From contig OZ365114.1 in the NCBI GenBank assembly GCA_977030845.1, positions 18,352,001-18,416,000 on the forward strand: DNA of 64,000 nt, given 5' to 3'. Within the stretch, counting starts at the first letter, position 1; each line of letters begins with the position of its first letter. The position numbers were made by a program, and so were the translations under genes. Below, piece by piece: positions 51,672-64,000 of this stretch. Source of the stretch: Fimbriosthenelais zetlandica (Eukaryota). Below the pieces are notes generated by a model that was not told where the DNA came from, did no database searches, and worked only from the letters and a program-made list of their open reading frames with translations.

Positions 51672-53318
51672 CATCATAGTAGGTTACCTTGGAGATGGCC
51701 ATGAGGGTGATGTTGAGGAGCAAGGGAGCATCCAGGTGGAACCAATAACGACTTCATGCTCTGGACCTGACATATTACCTGGGTGTCCTCATTATAATGA
51801 AAGACAAACATAAATCGGATGCGAACTCACTGTTCTTCATTATCTTTTGATAAGACATCATGATCCACATATTTCCCAGTTTAATAGTTGCGTCCAATAT
51901 CTTTTACATTGCAGAGTAAAGTAAAAGGGAGCTCATCAAACAGAGCCCGATGTTATTACCAAGCGATTGGCGATCATGGAGAACTAATGCACCTCATAAC
52001 TTTTTCAATGAGGCACAAAAGAAAGTGGAGCTTTCAAAATGTCACCTAATATAGCTATACATCCATATTATTGACGGCACATATCCTCAGGGCTGCCAAA
52101 ACTACAGGCGAATATACGTTACAAATATAGGTGTATTGCCAATTACATGGAGGCCGGCAGACATCTTTTTTGGCCGGCCTTGCTCAGCGGGGCCTGTTTT
52201 GTCGTCAATTAGCCAGTATTTGCTCATCATGGATGCCCTGTTTCTAGGCGCTACCATGACAACAGAGGTGTAATTTGATTTGACTTTGTTCCAGGTCTCA
52301 TCTTACATCTCGCCAATCATCGTCATAAATCCTAGTTTGTGTCGGTTATGAGGGGGCTGGGAAAGGCACTGCTGATGGCCAACTGATGGTATCAGATAGA
52401 GCATGGATGACACTGGGAGTATAGCTGTGATGGTTTATGCTGCTGCTCCCGTGTTGGTGATTACACAATGTATATCAGACAAATTCTCCAGCCTTATCAA
52501 AAGAGTTACTTCTACCGCATCAGCATATGAGCATTTATACCTAGTCCCCTGCCTGTCACTTCGGAAACTAAATCCATTCATCTTTTCCATGATTCCCCTA
52601 TTTAAATTTCTCCTCTGAAGCAGAAACTATCCATAACATATACTGCAACAGACATGGCTGTTAGTCTCGCATCTCGGTTGCCTGAGGACGAAAATTCATC
52701 GTTTTGAAAGAGAATTAGTTCTCGTCTTTCAATTATCGAGTCTGAAATCTTTGTACAGAAAATCTAGCCAGACAGTTCATCACTGACAAAAAGTTTATTT
52801 AGACTTCAGTATCGGTGGAAAAGGATTCGGCGTTATGGCCTGAATAGCCCGGGAAATCATTCAAGTCAAGGCATGATGGAGGTTCAGCCCCGTTTAAGTC
52901 ACTGCCTCACTGGTTTGCCATTGAGAGATCCTTCTAAAAGTCATCAATAAAGCAAAGTGCTTGCCAAGTACATCTAGCTACCCAGGCTCTTTACAGATCA
53001 TGAGGAAGTTTGTCAAACTTATCCTGACGGACAAGGCACTTTCAGGCAATAAATAACGCCATACCAACGCTAATGCTCACAATTGCAGCGTGCAATCGGC
53101 GCGCGTTAACACTAATACCTCCACTTTTTCCATGGAATCTTAAGGCTTCTGCATTGCTGTCAGCAGTCAATCATAACCTTCACACCAGGAGAGTTGTGCA
53201 CTGATCAGTCATGACAAAACACCAATAAGATTACGACACTCACTGCCATCATGACAAGCTGGCTGAGTGCTAGAAACAACCCCACCCAGACAATAGCCCC
53301 ACAACTACCAATCGAGTT

Positions 53319-53332
53319 GTTGCTATGGAAAC
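53319..53332. promoter_or_regulatory. RFX X-box
   Basis: GTTGCTATGGAAAC. Confidence 0.5.
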
Positions 53333-56300
53333 GATTCCGATGCAGGAAAATGACACTGCGTTTTAATGGTGTGATCATGTGACATATTCACGTGACTGGG
53401 CAGGAGATCACATGATGGGAGTGACCTTTCAGGGATGGTGTTTTTTTCAGCTCCACATGAGTCAATGTGGTCAAGAAGACATGTCTGCTACTCCACCGCA
53501 ACCCGAGGCGGCTTTCCAACACGCTTTGCTAGGTAATTGGAGCACATTGCTGTCAATAATGATGAGGTAAAACTTGGTGAGACTTTGTGAACCAATTGTG
53601 ATCTAGCTTTATATTTATCACGCCAGTCCCCGGGTATCATTTCTCAGACCTTTTCCCATGGCACAAGCCTGGGTCTTTTTATGGGATGGAATTCCCTAAT
53701 CAGGAAGTGATTTGTCAGGCATGAATTAACGAGATCTCTCCGTCTTCATTCCACCGCACGATGTCAGAGAACTCATTAAAGCAAAGGGTGACTGTAGCCT
53801 GCGGGTATACTGTATTGGCTTGTGTGAGGACCATCATATGTATGGAGTGGATGGTGTGGTGGGTGATAAAGCAGGATTTGTGAGAGGAGGAAGACTTGAG
53901 GAAGTAGGAGGTGAAGGTATACATGAACGAGCAGGTTACCGGCCCAATCACAGACAATGTGACGTCCTTGTTCTCCTAATCTGAACGGATCTTGTCCAAT
54001 TAGGCAGACATGTCCCTCTGCTCACCCATACCCCACCAGACAAATTGCTACCCTCTCATTACCATGCTAACGGAAAACAAAGCCTGCATGATTAACTGCC
54101 AAATCACATTGCATCCAAGTATTCCATCACACCAGTAGCTATCAGTGTTTTACATAGGTCCCCTATACCACCACCCACACTGCAACCTTCAGTGTGGCAA
54201 TGCCCCAATGTCAGGCAAGCTTGAATCTGCATGCCTTACATACAATGCGCTCAATATACGCCCATCATCTCAGTAAGAAGCATGCTCTGTCAATCGCGTT
54301 CAAATCATGAGAAACTCAAATCAGATCTGACACCAATTTGCCATCAGAGTTAGTGGGGATCATTATTCTGACAAGTGCATCGGACATTGCATTATGACAG
54401 TCTAACCGCACTCCTATACAGTGCATTATAACATCTAACCAGGCTCGTATTTAACACCAATTTGCCATCAGCAGCAAGCATGGGTCATTATTTCCACTGA
54501 TTCCCTTGAGTTGTACCTGTTAACCTAAAGGCATACCAAATGTTAATTACAGGTCCAAATTATGGTCATGTCAATGGTCACCGCTGCGTTCATGATGAAT
54601 ACTTGACATTCTTTACAGCATAGTGAGAGAACAGACTGGGTAAATGGATGCATTTGAGGCGCCTTCCCTAGTGATTCAATCACTCACAGCATAGCTACAA
54701 ATGGAGGTGATCCAGTTGCATCGAACCTAGTCAACTGGATCGCTTCAATTAAGACACTGTATAACCAGATTCAGGAATGAATAGCACTTTTAAGCAATAC
54801 AGCTGTCAGGAGTTTTGTTTCACCATTGCAGGGTATTAGACCCTATGGTTAGTTAGAGGAACACTGCATTTAATTTGTCTCTTGCCACTGAGGCGGGATG
54901 CGATTCAATAAATATTTTATCGACCTCAATCTGCATAATCATTGAGCGCGATGGTGAAATTAAATCGCGCTTGTAATAAAAATAGAAATCGACAACAAGC
55001 AGGAACCAAATTAATCTCTTCTGCATTTTATTCATTGGATCTGGAGAGGATAGGTCCTCCAATTATGCTGATATTTGAATTTGATATCATATCTATGATT
55101 CAATCATTTAAGTGATGTTATCTCAAGTACATCCCTATAAACGTAATCAGAATGAGGTATGAAAATCCAGGAGATAATAGACTTGCAATGATTTACAATA
55201 CCCTCGGAACACCTCCTGTTCCCGAACAAATTAAACTTTAATTCGGAATTGACAGCGTTGAGTCTTGATAAAAATAATTCAGCCCTTTCATACCAAGGTT
55301 AGGCCTATATCATTGATACCCCATACAAACCTTTGCCGTAAATTCCCGGCATGTTTCTGGGTCCAAATATCTACTTTATATTCCCTTCACGCTCCACACT
55401 GTGAAGGGCACTAACCAATGAGTCAATACTCACTAGATAATTAGTTCCTGCTGGGTTGCTTCCTAATGGCTTAAGTGCTTTACTGAAGCAGCCTGGACTA
55501 GTGGATCTAAAGCCTGCCAGACAATATAAATCAGGGGAAGGAGCAGGCAACAATAACAACGAGGCAATCCGCAGCGGGCAGTAAATGAATGAATTCAAGT
55601 GATCAATCTGGACACTTGTTAAGTTTACATTCCTAGACTGGAGGCAGCCAGAGGGAATACAAAAAGACCCTAGTCGTTACTGACCTGTATTTACCTAATT
55701 CATAACATGAGTCAGTGATGCCTGACCAGGACTAGATAACAAATATTTATACATTATACAGCCTGTGAAATAATATACCGACTTCTCGTATCTATAGCTG
55801 AATACTATCTGACAATGCAAACTCGACCAAGTATCATACCAGAAGAAGAGTGATGAAACCATGCCATGAATCCTCTGCCAACATACTAAGTACATGCTCC
55901 AAGTTCAGGATGTGATTCAACTTTCATAAAGAAGGAAAACCAGGCCTGTCTGGCTAGGTTATCTTGTTTTTAGCCCATGCCAGTTGGCCACCTTCATGTG
56001 GCTTAAGTGCTCCCCTGTGGCATGTACAATCGTCAGGCCTTGGCAATGAACACCCGACCCTAGGGAGCAGCTCGTGAGTTTATCAGGCGATAATGGAGGA
56101 ATCCATGGATAGTAGGCGCAGCTAGCAGAGCAACCATCCCTCAGCAGGAGCACTCAAGTAATATCAGCCAACCTTCAGCCCAATAGTTTAATGAAGTTTT
56201 TCCATCTCGCCTCATTGTTATTCAGATGAAGGTTGAAAGTGTGGCAGAAAGTGATGATACTGCCAACATTACTGGATGGAGGTACTCTATCAAGAGTGCT

Positions 56301-59300
56301 CTACTAAGGTTTATTCTCATGGCCTCACCACTATCTGTCTTGTTGGAGGCTTTCACAAAATGTCTTTTAGTCTTGTCTTGTGTTTGGCCAACCCCAGGGA
56401 AATCCCTGCAGGGGCTTAAGGCTTTCACGCAATACCACAGACTGAGAGGCAAGCAGGCACAGGATCTGTCAAACTTTCGTTCGGTTTAGAAAAAAAAGGT
56501 TGACTAAAATTCACACATATTTATGCCTACATGTTGCCTCTATAGAAATAATTCAGGATGAAAGTGGCAAAAATAACCAACTTCAAACTATGCTCAAAGT
56601 CAGCTAGAATTCTAAGGCCAGGGGGCATCGGTTGAATAATCGCTCAGCTTCTTCTTACAGTGTGTCTTGCTGAGCCAGATCAAAAAACCTGATCACAAAC
56701 CCAGCAGGGGGCAAAGCTTAAGTTTGGGGGCACTCAGCAGATTGTTCTTCGTTCGCTAGAATTCGGACCTACCGAGAGGATCAGTTGTACATATTATGAC
56801 AGAAGCAGCCATTGCTATATATGACAATTCATCTTCCCATACACTCGATGATTGTAATTACATCAGTTGATGCAGTTCCTGTCAAATGGTAATTCGGCGA
56901 TAACCATCAGGCTTATGCTGAGATGGACTTTAGTCTTTTCAGATGCCTGCTCGGTGCACCTTGGTAGTTTTTGAGCAAAGCAGGGGTCAGGACCATCCTC
57001 TTCCTCCAGGCAACCCAAGGAGAGGAACAGAGGAGGAGGGCAGTGCCAGTAATCCCCCCAATGCCCAGGAGGCCTTGGATCTGCTGGTCAACTGCCGCAG
57101 GAATGGTCAGGACTGGACGCAGAGATGGGCCGAGCCCTATAGGTGGAGATGAGAAGAGAGTGGGTTGGCACAGGGTGGACTAGGACAAATGGGCCAATTC
57201 CAGTCGGTTATTTGTCTCTCTGTCTATGTGGACACATCAAAGTAAAGCCAGTTAGCCGCGGTTCCCCGGGGACAGAGTCCTGGGGTCGGATTTTGATGAC
57301 TACCTCTATAAACTAGGGGCACACACTTGCCTAGTATAGAGTCTCTGTGCTAGTTTTCCTTTTGAAGATTATAACTTTTACTCTCCTATCATCCATCTTT
57401 GCCAGAGGGTACAGTTCCACTATAAAGGTTTGTAATACCAGTGGTTAACCTACAATAAAGGAACATCCATAGTTGACTAATTCAACTCAGATCCATGTCC
57501 CATCTCAGGAAGCACCATGTTAAAATTGATAATAAAAATCTCCATCTCCTCAGCAAACAGAAATATTAATCTTGAGCAAGGACAAAGAGTCTGGACATTC
57601 AATTTCAGTTTCGATATTTCATGGCCACTTAAATGGACTTTTGAATGAATAACATAAAGCCTTGTCACTTGTTTTCTCGTTTCATACATCTATGTGCCAA
57701 CCTCCAATCCTTCCACACTGAGCCTCTTAGCTCTGAACCCAGTCTGTGAGTGTGCGGCCATACAGAGCAGGACCAAGGGCATTGTCATTTATTAGCTGGA
57801 ATAGGATGAGGGGAACTGAGCCGTCCTGATCCAGAAATGATCTGATTTTGATGTCCCTTCAGAGCTGGAATGTCACCTTCATCCCACAGCTCCGTCCCGC
57901 GAGATCGGAGGCTTGCCTCCGTAGCCTGGGTGACACCTTTGATGAGCAGATCGGTCTGATTTCACCATCAAAGAGGTGCTCCACACGCCCCGTACCAAGT
58001 CATCAAACAGCTCTCCCACTCATCCAGCTACAGTTTCACGCCCTAGCAACCACAGGGATCTTTACCCATTTCAGTAGTGCCAATAACAAAAGGCCAGTGG
58101 TAGCTGCCTCCCAGCTATAAACCCAGTCGTCATCACTCATAGCGACCTGTTTGGGGAGAGTGGCTCTAACAAATAACACTATCATCACAAACGGCCCTGT
58201 GTTCACCGTCCTATATCCATGGGTCACGGCAGGTCCTTTCATGTCCATCGCACCAATTGCTGATATCATAAAAGGGCAAGAGAGATGGAGATTAAAAAGC
58301 ATGGAGCCACCTGATCAATTTCTTGCCAAGAACCTCTCGAGCTTCTGAGAACAACACCTGCCAATTTTCTTTGCTTCAGTATAGAAGGCATTGAGATATG
58401 CAGGTCAGGATTGCACGAGGTGCCTGACAGCAGTCCCCAACACTGGACTGACCAATCAATAAATCTCAGGCCTGAATATTGAATCAGGGAAAAGGCTTTA
58501 TCCTGGCAATTTTTTAAAAGGGGAACTGACACAGAGCCTCAGCCCTGTGACCTAAATATATATGGGAGAGCCTGCTAAAGGTCTATATATATGGAAGGCT
58601 TGTATAACATTTATAACAGCAACATTTGCAGATCTGTACATCAGGTACTACACTCAACAAAATTATACAAAGGATATCATCAATCCAAATCAGGTATTAA
58701 GAATCTATCATCATATTCTAATTACATCCTTGCCAAAAACGATGGTGAACCCGGAACTTTTGAATAAGCAATGACTAGACCGAGTGCAAATCAATACATC
58801 ACCAGAGCCCATGATAATAAACTGATCAAAAGGGCTAGATGACAATACTTTCTTCCTAAATATGGGAGCCATTACAGCGATTAGAAAAGGTAGTAGTCTG
58901 GGGATGCGGTAATTTTGGGTGACTAACCCTACTCCCATGCACCCATTAAGGGGTAAAGTAGAACTCCATCTATTGAGGGGTAACCAGGAGAGATCTGGAG
59001 TCCATGTGGCATTCAATTTAGCATCAGATTGAGGCAGCAAGCGCTAACTAAGATGTCCTCAGAGAGCATGGAGAATGAGAGGGAGACAGGGAGAAGCCAT
59101 GGCGCTGTTAGTAAGGGTGAGGTGAGAGTCATGAGGGGAAGGTGTGATCCTCTTGTTTGTTTGCCTCATCCTGTCCATCATGCCCTTGGGACAGTTAAGT
59201 GAAGCTCATGTACAGTGCTACAGAGCAGTGATGGTTGGCGGCACGTGACATCAGCTGTTCAATGCTCGCACCTTGCCTTGCCCTCCCCCAGGGGAGCCAC

Positions 59301-62300
59301 TGCCAACCGGGGTCTGTAGATGCAAAGACGCACTGGCTACTTGGCTCAACCAGCTAAGTATTTCTCACCATTTCCCCCCACTTCGGATCTTAAACAAGCA
59401 CCTTTCATTTCACCATTTGAATCCTCATTGGACCGTATGAATTTTCTTAATACGCCTGTCTTAAAATTTTGATTTGGCAACAGGATATTCATTCCAATAC
59501 GTGAGGGTACTCATGGGCCCATATAAACACGAGTCAATTCCCTACTACCAATACTCTCATTACCGAGGCCCATTTGCATTTCCATTGATCTTTCCTCTGG
59601 CAGAGTTTTCAAAAGAATTCTCCCCTTGCTTTGAGCTGCGACCATGAGTGTGTCGGGCGAGCAATTGGCTGCCATGGTTACACCCTCCCCGGCTCTATTT
59701 ACACATCAATACATCCCTTTACAGGAGGGCTTACCTTTCGCCTTAAGGCACATCTGCATCTGTCAAAGCAAAAGGAGGAAAAATATATTGCCATTGCGTC
59801 AGTATTTCTTGTGGGATATCCCAATTTACCCATCACTGAGCTTGTGCTTTAGAGTATTGGTAGTGGGCCGTGCCTCCCAGCTCAACGCACGTCTCATGTG
59901 TGAGCCCTCCAGGTACTTGCTACACCATTTCTTCTTTATCTTTCGCACAGCTATTGATACAATCAATAAGACAGGCAAGCAAGACACTTCAGGCCATAAT
60001 CTTCCCAAAGCCATCTGTCCATCAAGCGCATGATAAATGAGTTTTCTGCCAATTACAGATTCAATACAAGATAGGTAGAGGGCTGAACTGTAGAGAACAG
60101 GGGGATTGGGCCGCCCATACTCCTACATTACATGTTTGGCAAGTTAATCTGCCACAGAAATAATATAATGCCGACTGAGAAAGGCGGCCATGTTGAATCC
60201 AATCTGTCTGCACAGATCAATATACAGAGGCAATACCGATAAGGAAATGAACTAATATAATGACCTGCCAAATCCGGTGTCCACTTCACTGCAATCAATA
60301 GCCGTGGAACATGCTGACAATAACGTTTTTTAACAGCTCAGTGATATCCCCAGAATGGATATCAGGATAATCTATCCCAGACTCGTTAAGAATACGATCT
60401 GACAAGGAAGGCTGTTCAACCACAAGGCATGATTCCAATCCCGCAACAACAACTGCGAGAAGCTGCATCAAATTCCCCTGGCTACCAGTATTATTTTATT
60501 TGCTGTGATCAGCCTGACTGGTGATTAATCAAATGTTACTGAGGTCCTGACCGGACACTGGGGAGAGTCAGTGGACATGATAACTGGCGGAGTAATTAAC
60601 GCGTCATCCCCATGAGACTCCAAGATTGACCTTAGCCAAGGGCATCAATCACATGCCTGTCACTAGATGGGGTACTAATAGAAAAGCCTGCATCAGCCCC
60701 CTCCCTCAGGACTCCTCCAAGAGTCTCAGCATTAAAGTCTGGCTTAACCAGGTTGATGAAAAGCCCGAGCACAAGCACCAGCTCCAGTATTAGCCATTCA
60801 CAGATATGTGACATAAATCAATACTGAATTATTTCACTTCTAATTTAGCTGTCACTTTTGAGGCGTAACCGTGGAAGGTCGGCGTGACTTATGTCTGAAA
60901 TGCTATTGATGAATGGCTGTTGAGTCTAACAAAAGACTCCTATAAAACGATGGGCGATGACTTCTTGATGACCAAATGCTATTATCGATGCTTTCTCCAG
61001 GCGATGTATCGCTAGTTTACTTTTTCACCCATTCAAATAACTTGAAGGCCTTGCCGTAAAAGCATTACAAAAACTGCACTGGCTTATAAATGGGACACCA
61101 AACTTCACTCTCCCTAAAGTGCCGAGCAATGCCTATTTTATTAGTGTTCCAAGATTTATTGTTTTCAGACATGACGCTCTAGTAAATTGCAGGATGGTGA
61201 TTGTTTTCAATCTGCATTTGGTTATGCGAGGGGTAGCAGCAACCGAGAGGCAGGCAGGAAGGAGATCTAGATGGCGGACTAACAATAGCAGAGAGCCGGT
61301 GCAGATCGACTCTGATATGTTGCCATAGTTAGCCATACCTATAGAGGAATGTCAATGTCGAGCAGGATGATATATGAAGGACTCATAAGTCAGTACCTGA
61401 TGACAGCATCCAGCACTCTAGACCAGACATTCTATAAATCATAAGCGCTTGTTCATAATCTCCTCATAAGACAGTGCTCAACAAGGTATTCTATCCATTA
61501 TTAACCCTGACAAGGGATCTCGTAATTCAGCATGGAATCCATCGTTCTCCTGAGTAATTGGTTCCCACACTATCTGATAAGATATTGCATAATTTGGTAG
61601 AACTAAAGACAATTTCACTCTTGCATCGTCTAAGATAATCGATGGCTATATCAGAAACTGCATTCATCCAAATGAATACATAAGAGGGCTGCCTGCATTT
61701 GCCTATGCTTCACCTTTAAAGTAAGCTGCGAGACCATCTATTTACCATCTGACAATCTATCCCCAAATGTCCTAATAGAAGCTCTGGGTTGTGGGCCAGG
61801 TCTGGGGGCTTTAGTATAGTAAGCGTAATAACTAAGCCAACAAGACCCTGAATAAACATTGGGGTTAGGGGAAAGTGCATCAATCACCAATCGCTGCAGA
61901 TCATTGGCACGCTGAAGAAAGATCCACCGGATTTATTCTCCTCTCGTCTATCATGGCACTGCTGCATGCCTGAGGAACACAGCCCGAAAAGCCATCTACT
62001 GCCCATTTAATAAACAAGATGGGGGAAGGGGATGGGGGTGGTAAGCCCCCCTAGTCCCCTACTCCTCCGCCCCCACCCTGCCCCTTCCTGATGTGGCAAG
62101 GTGACAGTACGACTGACCTAGATACTCTGCTTTTCTTTCCCGTCCTCCCACTTCAGTAGTCTGACTGAGGGAACCTCAATTAGTATAAGGCAGGGAAGAA
62201 TACCCCATCTATCCTTATGAACCTGGCTTGTACTCTGAAGGGAGATTGCATTAGATGCGGGATGTTAAAATAACACTCTTGATAATGAAGTGTGATTAGG

Positions 62301-63614
62301 AATTTCCATAATTTTCACATAAGACTCATCCATTAGAGGTGGTAACAATGGCCAAGAGTGTCTTTATATACACAATCTTCCTTTGTTGTCTTTGCCTCTG
62401 TTCTTCTTCCTTTGAAGACGCAGTAGTTGCAGTTTAAGTTTAATCAAGTGCGGCCATACCGACCGCTCTTCTAAGCATACTTCTGCATTAGGGATTCCTG
62501 AATCACGGTTGACCTCTGACACTAATCAACCCAGGATTGCCCTGTTTGACCTTGACCTAACCTCGGGCTGACCAGGGGGGTATTGCCCTCCTCCAGGGGG
62601 AGTTTCCTGTCTTGATAAATGGGTCAGAGGTGAGGCAAAGTAACCTTGGTAAGCATGGTGGAGAAGGAAGGGCCTAAAGGGGAGGTCTTCATTCCCATCA
62701 TGGAAACGTCAGATATTCGTGCCCGTCCTCTCCATACTAACCTCCCCACTCATAACTCAATGTGCAGTGACATCTAGTCTAACATGATGAATGATCAACT
62801 ATCATGAAATATTATACTCTCAGCGGCACTATCTTTCTTCTGCCTCTGATTTGAAGGATGTTGGCAGTGTGATATAATACTACGCCGCCCGAAACTTTAT
62901 GCCTCTAACAACTCATAAACACCCTGAACTCACCAACTAACTGAGGACACCCCCAAATAATCTGTTTTCCAAAAAGCCCAAGGGCAAGCCTGTCTGGGGC
63001 AGAATCGTTCAAAAAAGGTCTGGGTGGAGCCAATGAAGAACTTGTCAGCAGAATCAAATGCGAATGACATTTGTGTCCACCGATCTGCCTGTATAAGTGC
63101 CTTCATACAACCAGATAAGAAGTTCAGCCGGGCACCTCCCTAAGCTGGAATAAATAGCTGGTGTCTTTCTGGATCTAGGAGACTGGTTGACCGAAGTCCT
63201 GGTTGATCTGAGGGATGCAGCATGAGGTGTGATATCTCTATGGCAATGGTATCACCCAAGTCAATCCTGGATCTGCCGAGTTTCCGGCAGTGAACGAGGG
63301 TGTAGCTGTTGGTGGAGATGGAGCTGGTGGTGGTGGGTGTAGTCGGTCTTAAATCAGGTAAATCTATCACTGCAGCTGATGGCCTTATTCACTGGCTGTC
63401 CTTGGTCTACCACTTTATACATACTGACAGGACACAATGGAGTTAGGCCATCCGACATAGAGATGACATATTTTACAAATCGTTCATCCACCCGTCCCTT
63501 GATATCTGCCACAGCAGCTGAAAGTTTTCCCTTTGCCAGGGTGATGCACACCTTAGTCTTTTTATTAAAAAAAATAACTCACCAACCCTTGGTATAAATC
63601 GTATTGTTTAGGTC

Positions 63615-63638
63615 ACTCACCTGAATAAAAGAAAAACG
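63615..63638 (-). other. Candidate recursive splice site (ratchet point) in the long msn intron
   Basis: Minus strand reads gtttttcttttattcag|GTGAGT: polypyrimidine tract and CAG directly followed by a consensus donor. Confidence 0.5.
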
Positions 63639-64000
63639 CAATGATAAAAATGCAATGATAAAATATGTGAACAACAATAGTGATATCGGGAAAGACCCTA
63701 AAAAAAGCCTAAACTTGAGAAAGTACCTTTTGGCATGCTTCATCTAGAGCGGGGTTCTCATCATTTATTATTCACTAATCTGCTGCTGATAATGATAATT
63801 CAACATAGAGCCATAATACACGATCCGTCAGCAGGATGTATAGGGAAGTGGTGGCCCTGTCTTCCACCCTCCAGCCCTATAGATGCCCTTCCTCCATAGA
63901 CCAACTGGCCTGCTGTCTTAGAGAAGGTCATTTAAGCTGACAGTCAATGATTTATCGTTGCATCAGAAAGAGGAAAATGGGATGGCGTTTCCAGAGGCAC

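Noticed and set aside
9456-55715. Several AP-1 (TGA[CG]TCA) sites in a JNK-pathway gene region
   Set aside because: The count is about what chance predicts (roughly eight per 64 kb).
43184-62871. miR-2-like (43184) and miR-34-like (62862) 5' matches
   Set aside because: Only 8-10 nt match and no pre-miRNA hairpin forms.
42300-64000. Numerous 60-140-aa ORFs in the long intron
   Set aside because: No domain motifs, no consistent splice framework and lengths within chance expectation.

Overview
Intron-rich animal genomic DNA, probably from a marine invertebrate; the taxon cannot be fixed from this sequence. Left to right: (1) A complete 12-coding-exon calpain-5/tra-3 gene (minus, 1337-9007, 649 aa, catalytic triad intact). 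(2) Head-to-head with it, an unrecognised 3-coding-exon gene (plus, 13508-16476, 857 aa), largely disordered, with four 72-73-aa repeats built on a KxFTLDFMKHT motif. (3) Three near-identical, intronless clan-3 cytochrome P450 genes in tandem (17411-23993), plus the decayed 3' end of a fourth copy. The spacers preserve the duplication breakpoints, including a piece of the neighbouring gene's last exon. (4) A truncated tyrosine-recombinase (Ngaro/DIRS-like) retrotransposon relic (minus, about 24013-25406) that has replaced the 3' UTR of the third P450. (5) The 3' half of a misshapen/MAP4K4 gene (minus, 28928-42286: CNH domain and linker), with two unannotated in-frame cassette-exon candidates. 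The rest (42287-64000) appears to be one intron of more than 21 kb of that kinase gene. It has no recognisable coding exon but contains a textbook recursive-splice-site candidate, RFX X-boxes and an ETS-CRE element. No rRNA, intact tRNA or CRISPR array was seen. All splice models were built by hand from GT-AG signals and phase continuity, with no database search.
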